A stretch of 63,969 nucleotides of DNA, counting the filler, from Thelocarpon superellum (Eukaryota): assembly GCA_026025795.1 (NCBI GenBank). It is 14 parts of 14 records of this genome, joined end to end, with 100 filler letters (N's around TTAATTAATTAA, not from the genome) between each part and the next. Parts side by side here need not be neighbours in the genome. Positions count along the whole stretch, not along the records: positions 38,057 to 42,648 come from JAPEUG010000742.1; positions 42,749 to 47,308 come from JAPEUG010000744.1; positions 47,409 to 51,931 come from JAPEUG010000745.1; 11 more parts are not named here. One strand, written 5' to 3'. The notes below the pieces were generated by a model, which searched no databases, was not told where the DNA came from, and saw nothing but the letters and a program-made list of their open reading frames with translations. Shown one piece after another: positions 39,389-49,555 of this stretch (positions within the stretch are counted from its first letter, which is position 1; every line of letters begins with the position of its first letter). The translations under genes and the position numbers were made by a program.

Positions 39389-40263
39389 TCATGTCTGCGC
39401 TCCCATTTCTTCCATAATCGTCACGCCCGAGCTGGTACCAATTCGGTCAGCTCCCACTGCAATCATCTTCATGCAATCGGCGAGGCTCCTGACGCCTCCG
39501 CTCGCTTTCACCTTGACTCCTGACTTGTGCACAAGCTGCTTCATGAGCCCCACATGCTCAGTTGTGGCCCCATGGCCCGTGAACCCCGTGCTCGTCTTGA
39601 CGAAATCAGCTTTCCCTCTCTCACACAGTAGGCAGGCAGCCACGATTTCACGCCGGCTCAGTTGTGACGTTTCCAGGATGACTTTCAAGACCACAGGAGC
39701 CGGCGCGGCCGATCGGACGGCGTGGATGGAATCCAACAAAGCCGTGTATTGCTTGACGGGGAGTAATCGGTAATCGAGCACCATGTCGAGTTCCAGCGCG
39801 CCTTTGAGAACCGCTTCCTTGGCCTCACTGTCCCGCGTCAGAAAAGGTGTAGGCCTGGGGCAATCCGAGACATACGCTACCTTGGCTTCGACAGGCTGCG
39901 AACCCTCGTGGAAGCCAACAACGCACGCGACGACTACGTCACTGCCCTGAAGATTCTTCACAGCCCGTTCAACAAAGTCGAGCCTGACGCAGCATGACTG
40001 CGTTTGTTAGACCAATGGGGGCCCCGCCTGGCCCTCCTCGAACAAAGGCTGACCTTGAAATTGTATTCCCGGGCCTCGGTGCAGAGAGCATCGACTTGCC
40101 CTTGCGTAGCGTCGAGTTTCAGCAACGTATGATCGATGTATTTGGCCAAGGTGGCGCGCTGGATGGTGGGCAACGGGTAGCTTGGTATTGCAGTGGGGAG
40201 GCTCCTCATCGTCTCGTCGACGATGTCCTCCCATTGTTGATCTTGGTCGCGGGTAGACTCCAT
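39389..40263 (-). CDS. deoC: Deoxyribose-phosphate aldolase (DERA), 3 exons
   Basis: YIDHTLLK, CVVGFHEG, GALELDMV, LKVILET, ADFVKTSTGF (Schiff-base Lys), VKASGGVR, RIGTSSG. Confidence 0.95.
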
Positions 40264-40727
40264 CTTGCTTGTGACCCTTGTAGAGCTGAAGAAAGAAACG
40301 GGACCAGAGCTGCGAGGATGATTGTACACGTGTTTGATGGTACACAAAGGAAGAAAGAGATGTTCTCGGTGTGAGGACCGAGTCAGCCGGTGACTGATCC
40401 TTGTCAACTTCCGCTTCGGGAAGTCAACGAACCATGGATGTATCGACGACGGTGACCTGAGATCGAACTCCGGCATCGAGCTGGCCGGGACAATCTCCCA
40501 CTACACGAAATACTCCATGAATGACATCGGTCAAGTCAAATACAGCTGACGGAGGCGTCAAGATCGTAGAGGTCGCCGGGGCCGGGGTCTACTCCTCTGA
40601 TCGGCTTCATAAACATCGTACGAGAACCCGAACGTTGCTCGACCAGCACCAATGTGCAAGCCGTATGAGTATCGAAAGTGACCATTCCTAGTCCATGCAG
40701 CCCCCAAACTCCTAGGGGAACATCACC

Positions 40728-41171
40728 CTATTGACAACTCTTGCACTCTGGGCCCCGGATGTCGTCCACTCGTCCCAGTCGCTTTCCAGGGCCCCCACCA
40801 GTTCCTGGGCCTCCACCGCCTCCACCGCCTCCAGACGATCCTCCCCACCCTCCCCAGCCCGTTGATCTCGGCCGAGGGCCAGACACTTTTCGGTTGACGT
40901 TGAAGGGTGATGCTTCTCCTGCTGCATACGCATCGACCTGAAACCGTCAGACTTGCAACGGTCCGGCACGCAATGCGGACTCGACATACCGAAAAGAGCG
41001 TCGTCAAATAGAGACCGATAAAGACGTAGACACCGGCGAAGAATTGGCGTACTCGGACCGTAAGGGGGGGACTGGACCAGGTCAGCGGGGACTGATTGTT
41101 TGGGAGGGGGCCGGCTCCGACCTTGAAAGGACTTGCCCCCCAGAGACGTATGGACGATTTGGCGCCGCCAT
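40728..41171 (-). CDS. SelK/SelG-family small membrane protein, Cys homolog (113 aa); exons 41171-41122, 41071-40990, 40937-40728
   Basis: Spliced MAAPNRPYVSGGQVLSSPPLTVRVRQFFAGVYVFIGLYLTTLFSVDAY...GGGGGPGTGGGPGKRLGRVDDIRGPECKSCQ*; two canonical introns of 50 and 52 nt. Confidence 0.82.
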
Positions 41172-41415
41172 CTCCACAGCAATATCCCACTCTCAGCCGG
41201 TCGAGTGTTTTCGTCACTCGAGCATAGGTAGGAGAGCGTCATGAATAAGCAACGTTGTCATCGGATGACTCGGTCAACTTGATCGACCAGGTGATTATGT
41301 CAGCGGTCTCACCGCCTTGGATTCTGCCGAGGTTGGGCTCCCCAGCGTCGGAGAAACTGGAGCTGCCAGAAGGCTGTAGAGGCTTACAAGTACGGAAAGG
41401 GAATAACAAGAGACC

Positions 41416-42648
41416 ATGAAGGTAAGCATTTGTCCCATATTCGTGACGGATCACCAATTGACAGGCTGTAGAAACGAAAGAGAGAGCAAGAGCAGTCCGC
41501 CGCAAGCAATGGGGTCGATACCTCGAAGCCGACCGCAGTGTTCCGACCCACGGCCGGTCGAGCACATACACTGAGTGTCGCCTTGCCAGGAAGCATCATT
41601 GCAAAGTACGGCACCTTCGACCATTCCGCTGCCTGCCCAAGAACGCACAGCTGACCTGTCGGCGCAGTGCCCAATCACATGAGTTGAAGACCGTCCTGGC
41701 GGGCCATGTTGCGCGCGCCCTTGCCGTCTTCTGCGTCGACGAAGTCGTCATCTTCGACGACGGACAGGGCAATCCAAAGCCAAGAGGGAATCTACACGGC
41801 CCGGACCGGCAGCATCACGACGACCACCACATGGGCGAGCAGTCTTACACGGGCTACGCGGACCCGGACCACTTCCTGGAGCATCTGCTGTCGTACCTCG
41901 AGACACCCCCTCACCTTCGCAAGTACCTGTTTCCAATTCACCCCAACCTCAAGTCTGCGGGGACCCTGCCGAGCCTGGACATGCCGCATCACATGCGAGC
42001 GGACGAGCAAGGCCAGTACCGGGAGGGGGTGACGGTGCCGGCTCCAGACGCCGCAGAGCCGGCGCGCCTCAGCGGGCCGCAGGTGAGCACGAACAAGAGC
42101 AAGAAGCGGAAGCAGTCGTCGACAAACGGTGCGGCTCCTCCATTACCACCACGGTCCTACGTCGAGGTGGGTCTCAAGAAACGGGCGGTGGTACAGGCGG
42201 CCATCGCTCCCCACACGCGGGTCACATTGAAATTCGCGTCCGATGAGCCGACGCGGACGGAGGAGGAGCACATCGCCGCCGAGGCCGTCCGGCCCGAGGC
42301 GCCTCGCGAAGAGGCGGGCTATTACTGGGGGTACGCCACCCGGCGCGCGCCGTCGCTCTCGGCCGTCTTCACGGAATGTCCGTTTGACGGAGGTTACGAC
42401 CTAACAGTCGGCACGTCAGAACGCGGAACGCCCCTGGACGAGATAACGGCGAAGAGCGACGCGGTGCGACCCACCCAGGCCAAACACACCATGATCGTCT
42501 TGGGGGGGGTGGCCGGCCTAGAAGCGGCCGTGAAAGCCGACGCAGAGTTGGCAGGGATGGGCCTGCACTACCCGGCGCCACTGTTCGACTATTGGGTCAA
42601 TCTGTGTCCGGGCCAGGGCAGCCGGACCATCCGAAGCGAGGAGGCCCT
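41416..42648 (+). CDS. SPOUT-family RNA methyltransferase (DUF171/SPOUT1/C9orf114), 3' truncated
   Basis: TLSVALPGSIIAN, ARALAVFCVDEVVIFDD, YLETPPHLRK, LPSLDMPHH, YREGV, GYYWGY, GTSERG, PGQGSRTIRSEEA. Confidence 0.92.
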
Positions 42649-42748
42649 NNNNNNNNNNNNNNNNNNNNNNNNNNNNNNNNNNNNNNNNNNNNTTAATTAA
42701 TTAANNNNNNNNNNNNNNNNNNNNNNNNNNNNNNNNNNNNNNNNNNNN

Positions 42749-43171
<423 letters not shown>

Positions 43172-43306
43172 CTACGAAACCAAGGACGTGAGAGGCCTCA
43201 TGCCGAAGACGAGGCTGGTGAAAGTGCAGGTGATGCGAAGGCGGTGCAAGAGGGGAAATCGTCGTGGAAGTGTCAAGTGCCAAGCGTCGACGTGACACCG
43301 TCACGA

Positions 43307-44431
43307 CTAGCTCGCGTCCTGAAGTTGCAACTTCGGTGGCCAATGGTATTCATCTCCGATCCGCACCCATTCTTTCCGCTGTGGATTCCACGAATGTCTG
43401 GTTCGACCGTCAGTGACTCTTCTCCACTCAACTGCCTCGCTCGTCGTGTCTCACCCTAGATATTCCGTCACGAACAGCGCCTTGCGCTCGTACTCGTCCA
43501 TCAAGATGCGATCGTACGCATATGGAATGTTCACCGGGACTCCCTCGTACGTGCTCTTTCGCAAGGGATACAAATCTCTCGTCCAGTAATGATGGAAGTT
43601 CTTGCAGCTCAACAAGCCCGGGTCCGTGTCGGGATGGGTCTCGCTGAGGCCGGTGATGTCGATGAATAATCCGTTGCTCATGTCGATCCATCGCGCGTCG
43701 ATGATGTTCATCCCGTCGCCGCGGTCTCGAAAGGCCGCCCACGGGTTGACATCGAGGTAGTATTCGCGCCGCGCCTGCCCATCCAGTGGATCATAATGGT
43801 GTCGCGTGGCGTTCATGTTGAGCCGCATATAGTCCAGCGTGGGTCCGGCGACCTGCACGTCAATGTCCCAATCCCTATCTCTTGTCAATCACGTCGCAAA
43901 AACGGGGCTCCGGCCGTGCCTACCATGGTAACATCTTCCCATTCCACCACCATCCCAATAATGTCCCGTGTGCAATCCACGTCTCCAGTCCGCTTTCCTC
44001 CATGGTCGAGAGGTAGGATCGGATCATGTGCCGTAATGTCTCCTCTCGTGTTTCGTTGGACACGATCCCAGAGAAGAATCTATTCATCGTCAGCTTCGAA
44101 TTCTTCTTTGGCGCCTCCAATCCCTACCTCTGGTCATAATGATGCAGATTATCCTCCTCGCTACGGCCTGGTCAGTCCGGATCCACCCACCACCGCATCT
44201 GGACATACCCTGGCTCATCTATGGCGCCGTTAGCGTACCTGCCTCCCCGAGATGTCCTTCGATCCACTCACGAAAATATTTGTTCCGTTCATCTGCAATT
44301 GGCTCCGACTCGTCCAGGATCACCTCGGGTGTCGACGTGGCGATCGTGATGCCTCCATCTGATAAGGGCGACGCCGTCACGCGCAGGCCGGAAAGCGACA
44401 CGACCATGGCGATGAGGAATTCCAGCTTCAT
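43307..44431 (-). CDS. LicD/fukutin-family phosphotransferase (Mnn4-like), multi-exon with 10-nt micro-exon
   Basis: Signal anchor; KYFHEPG, HYDQRFF, ETWIAHGTLLGWWWNGKMLPWDWDIDVQ, NIIDARWIDMSNGLFIDIT, CKNFHHY, LYPLRKSTYEG. Confidence 0.92.
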
Positions 44432-44999
44432 CCTGAGCGATCGCGCTGTACCAGACTATCGCGACCACGACCGGAAGAGGTGGCTCATGAAGAAGTCGTG
44501 ACCCAGGCGATGACCACCCCACGGACCAAACACACTGCCTGCACCCTTCCACCGACAGGCCGGACTGGAGAGAGCTGGATCTAGTTCACTTTCGACGTTA
44601 TCGGAGGACGGTCGAGGTATCGTTGAATGGCGGGTGAAGGTCGCGACGAGTAGAACAGGGTCGTATTGTCTGTTGCTTGCTCAAGACGTCCACCCAGCCA
44701 TACGATCTCTCCACCACCAAGGGTATCTGTTGTGGCAGCTGGCGCACGAAAGAGGGCAAGCGAGCGACCGGGCGGAGGGGGTCGGAGGAGGGCAGGGAGG
44801 TGATGTATTCGTGTGCAACAACCGTGGCCGATGAATGCGGAATGTAGGAGGCGGCGGGAGTTGCGACTTTAGGAAGTAGCTCGCGTGGCCAGCGCCGAGA
44901 AATCGCACCCACGCCGAGAAGCAGAGAGATTGCGGGGAGGCGGTCCAGAGGAAACCGGCGCTCTTGCGGCCGACAGGGATTGGACCGTGGCGGACGCTC

Positions 45000-46959
45000 G
45001 CACACTTGTGGGTGGCCCTCGAAGCCAGCTAGCTAGGAGCAGATTCCCCGTAAGGAACTGCCACGCTGCCAGTGAGATCTGCACACTCGTCGTGTGCATA
45101 CGCACTCCTTTCCGGCTCTATCTAACCTCCCTGCTTTCCTTGTGCTTCTGCTCGTGCTCGGGCCTTACCCGGCTCCCAGATACGCATGGTCTGACGGGTG
45201 ACGCGCGGCCGCAAGACAGCCGAACAAGGTTTGAGCCCGCCCTTGCGAGGCTCCCGGCGTTTCTGACCTCACCGATCGTCCGGCAACGTCACCTATGTGT
45301 GGATCTGACCCCAACTCCCGGTGTCGGCGGTTACGACGGGAGCGTGTACGGGTCGAACAGTCTCTGGGACAACTCTGGACTGGAAGGATCTGAGAATGGC
45401 TTCCGGCCCGGGATCTCACCAAGAAGCCTCTTCATTGGATGTCTTACAGGTCTCGAGACGAGAGACGGACTAAGCGCCAACCCTTTCGGAATTACCGGCA
45501 TCCTGACGCATGCTTGTGTGGGCGTCTTCAACAACCGTGACACCCATTTTACACCTCGCATCCCAGCGCCGTGGCACTTACAAGTAGATGATGAGCCTCA
45601 TAAGTCGTCAGTGGACGGCCCGACGGACGGCATGATGGCTGGAAGGGGGGGCAAGGGCCGGACGTGGCTTGGCGTGAAGAATTTGGCGGCGTCAGGCAAA
45701 AAGCATTCGGTGTCGCGTGCGCCTTTCCCCTTCGTGGCGCCGTTCTTGGCGACTTTCATCTGAAGGTGCAAAAGGTGTCGCGTGCCTTCCTTGGCGACAG
45801 GGTACACTGGGGAACCATAGCTGGAAGCGTGCCGCACTTGCCCACCTACGAGTACCAGTATGTCGTACAAGTAGATGTCTTGGCACGCCAGGGGGACGGG
45901 GGCACCCTCCCGTACAGTTTGCTGTGAGCTAGATGTGTCGGGAGTGCAGTCTTCACCATGCCTTGGTGCCAAGCGAGGGACTACCCACTTCGTAGTCCCT
46001 CACTACTCATGCGACTATCGTCTGGTGCACCAATCCTACCAGTCGTCGCCCACGTTATTATCTCGATGCCGCCTGGTGCACCAATCCTACCAGTTGTCGC
46101 CCACGTTATTATCTCGATGCCGTCTGCCTCAGGCTTTCCCACGCTCCAGAGTCGACGATTGGAACTGACCACGACAAGGATCTGGATGATGGCGCGTCGC
46201 CATTGGCGCTTGTCAGCCACTGCCCAGCCATGGTCCATTGACCGACCGCCACGCCAGTTCTTGGGGAAGCTGTGATCTGACCGTACAAGGGGAAGATGGC
46301 TGTGACAAGAGGTGCGAGCTTATCGGATAAGCAGCTCGAAGAGAGAGCAGACGACGCATGACGGTGGGGTGTACTCGTATGCAACGGTCTGGATCCACTC
46401 CGCTGGCAATTCCCCTCGAGAGAGGACGCATCGTCAGGAGCAGCGTGATGTAGCCGCTATGTAACGTTCCTCCACTGATGTGCGTCGTCTTTCTCTCGAG
46501 GCCTCCCATCCAGGTGCCCGGGAGGGAATAGATCAACGTCACATGCGGCGGGACGTGCCTTCTCTGTACTCGTCCCGTAAGTATGGATCAGCCATTGAAC
46601 CGCGTAGGAAGATGATGACGCAGCCCTCTCGACAAGCCCCCAAACCGTTCGCCTTGGCCGCGCTTCCTTTGGGGGCATTCTGTTGCTGGGGGATCTCCCC
46701 AGCAACTCCTAGTTCCCCCCGTTCCAGGCTCGCCCACAGCGCACGGTCAGAGCCACGACGCTCGGAGCGTGGTGGTACCTCTGTACCTTTCTGGCCCGGC
46801 CTGCTTTTTCCACCCACTACTGAGCAGTACCTGTAGGGGGGATCTGGTGAATCTAGCGAGTGAAAGACGTCATTCGGCCTTGGACTTTCGCAATGGTATC
46901 GCCATACCTCTCGAGATGTTAGTTTTCGGCCTTTGTTTCACCAGACAAACGCTGGCTAC
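45000..46959 (+). ncRNA. Candidate telomerase RNA (TER), Pezizomycotina type; ends approximate
   Basis: ~2 kb with no recognisable protein; 7 nested long-range helices; boundary hairpin 45177-45307 ending at TGACCCCAAC; junction 46843-46945; downstream GTAACT/GCTAAC/TAG splice signals; G-U pairs favour the + strand. Confidence 0.62.
46021..46122. repeat. 51-bp tandem duplication (2 mismatches)
   Basis: 46021-46071 matches 46072-46122 (CTGGTGCACCAATCCTACCAGT...TTATCTCGATGCCG). Confidence 0.95.
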
Positions 46960-47414
46960 GTAACTTTGGCGCGCACACGTACCATATGTCCGGCGCAACA
47001 ATCGACACCGACAAAGGACCCGAAACAAGCCGCGAAGCTAACATCTTCCACTAGGGCATTCTGACTTGCAGGAAATCTTTGTCGCCATACAAGGATGACG
47101 AATCATCACGTTCATCTAATGTCCCTCTCCCCCTCACTTCCCCCCTCAGACCAGGTCCCGGGCAGCTTTCGGAACGAATTCTACCACCCTCGCTGGCTGA
47201 CTCAACATGACCAGATGCCCCGCCGTGCAAGCCTCGTCCGCTTCACGACGCCGCCGCTCTTCCCTTGTCCTGCGCGCTCCTTGAGACTCAGGCCTTCAAT
47301 GGCGTTGGNNNNNNNNNNNNNNNNNNNNNNNNNNNNNNNNNNNNNNNNNNNNTTAATTAATTAANNNNNNNNNNNNNNNNNNNNNNNNNNNNNNNNNNNN
47401 NNNNNNNNCTTCAG

Positions 47415-49472
47415 GGAGTCATTCGAGAACATCTACTTGGACTTGTCCAAACAATCGGGCAAGTGTAGATTCGCCGACAATGGCATGGGCTGGAGACCTT
47501 CAGGTGGCGGGGATACCTTCACTCTCGACCAGAGCAAGATTGCCTCTGCCCAATGGAGTCGGGCAGCGAGAGGGCAGGAGCTGAAGATCTTTTCCCGATC
47601 ATCAGACGTTGTCCAGCTAGATGGCTTTCTACCTGAGGTCCGTCTTCATCCCGCACGTCTCGTCGGACCACGATCTCACGCTACGGGGGTAGGACTTTGA
47701 TCGGATCAGCAAGTGCTTCAAGCTCTGGTACAGCGTTAATCTCGAACACAAGGAGCATGCCTTGCGCGGATGGAACTGGGGCAAGGGCGAGTTTGGCAAG
47801 TCCGAGCTGGTCTTCAACGTCCTGAACCGCCCGGCCTTTGAGGTCCCCTACTCCGACATCTCCAACACCAATCTCGCGGGCAAGAACGAGGTCGCCGTCG
47901 AGTTCGCCTTGCCCGCCACCAGCAAGGATGACACCGCCAACGGCCATCTCGGGGGCGCGCGGAAGAAGGGCGAGAAAGCCGGAGGTGGCAAAGATCAGCT
48001 CGTCGAGATGCGCTTCTACATCCCTGGCACGGCCAAGAAGAAGACCGAGGAAGACGAAGAAGAGGAGAATGGAGGTGCAGACGGCGAGCAAGAAGAGCAG
48101 AATGCAGCAAGTCTCTTCTACGACACGTTGATGGACAAGGCCGAGATTGGCGATGTTGCCGGCGATACCATCGCCACCTTCCTTGACGTCCTGCATCTCA
48201 CGCCCCGGTCTGTGCTCCCCGTGAGAATCGACGCTGTTCCTGAGACTAACGGCGTGGCAGAGGGCGATTTGGCATCGACATGTATGAGAATTCCTTCCGG
48301 CTTCGCGGCAAGACCTACGACTACAAGATTCAGTACGACTCAATCAAGAAGTTCATGCTCCTCCCGAAACCCGACGAGATGCATCATCTCATCACCATCG
48401 GCTTAGACCCACCCTTGCGGCAAGGTCAGACCCGATATCCCTTCCTCGTCATGCAATTCAAGAGCGACGAGGAGATTACCATCGATCTGAACATGACCGA
48501 GTGAGGCTTCTCCGCGGGAAGAGGAGGGGGCATTTACTGACACTGTGCCAGGGAGATGTTGAAGGAGAATTACGGCGGAAAACTACAGCCCCACTACGAG
48601 CATTCCATCCACGCCGTCATCTCGCAGGTCTTCCGTGGTCTGACCGGGAAGAAAGTGGTGACGCCGTCCAAGGAATTTATCAGGTAGGATGTCAATCCAT
48701 GACCGTCCTTGATAGTGAGACCTGCGGGAATTGATGTGAATGGTTGCATAGTCACCATGGCCAATCCGGCGTCAAATGCTCCATCAAAGCCAACGAAGGC
48801 CTCCTCTTCTGCCTTGATAAGAGTTTCATGTTCGTGCCCAAGCCGGCCACGTACATTGGCTTTGACAACATCTCGAGCATCACCATGTCGCGTGTCGGTG
48901 GGGCCATCTCGGCCAGTCGCACCTTTGACATAACCATCTCCTTGAAGGGGGGCACGGAGCACCAATTCAGCAACATCAATCGGTAGGTCAGCCTCCCACA
49001 CGTTCCCATGCATAAGTCTCATGCACAACCCAGGGAGGAACAAACGTCGCTCGAAGACTTTTTCAAAGCCAAGAACCTCCGAACGAAGAACGAGATGCTC
49101 GACGACGTAAGTCTCCTGACCTTCCCGTGTTTATCTTGGGTTCATCTACTGACCCACGAACAGTCAAGTGCCCTCATGGCGGCGGCGATGAATGACGCCG
49201 ACATGGCATCGAGCGACGAAGAGGTGGTTGCCGCGCGCGCAGACCGCGGCAGCGCCGACGAGGACGAAGAGAGCGTGGACGAAGACTTCCACGCCAGTTC
49301 GGATTCCGACGTGGCGGAAGAATACGACTCGGCGCACCAGACCAGCGGAGGGTCCGACAGCGACGACGCCATGGCGGACGACGCGTCGGATGGCGATGCT
49401 TCTGCGGACACTGGCGGCGAGACCGAGGAAATGGTGGAACGGCCGAAGAAAAAGTCCAAGATTGGGAAATAG
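47415..49472 (+). CDS. pob3: FACT complex subunit Pob3/SSRP1 (first codons missing), multi-exon
   Basis: ESFENIYLDLSK, QWSRAA, LRGWNWGK, EMRFYIPG, LTPRGRF, LDPPLRQGQTRYP, KANEGLLFCLDKSFMFVPKP, SRTFD, acidic tail with RPKKKSK. Confidence 0.97.
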
Positions 49473-49555
49473 CGGTCGATGGCGGTGCAGGGCGGCTTTC
49501 GATGGCGTCGCACCTCCTACATTACGTTCCTACCGATGATGAAGAAGTGCCCATC

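Noticed and set aside
44885..45763. 292-aa ORF overlapping the candidate TER
   Set aside because: GTG start, no recognisable motif; the region is better explained by RNA structure
47299..47420. ATG GC|GT at the end of one contig fits in phase with CAG|G GAG TCA (pob3 exon) at the start of the next
   Set aside because: Contigs are ordered by length, so true adjacency is unlikely; a 7-nt match can be chance (read pairs could test it)
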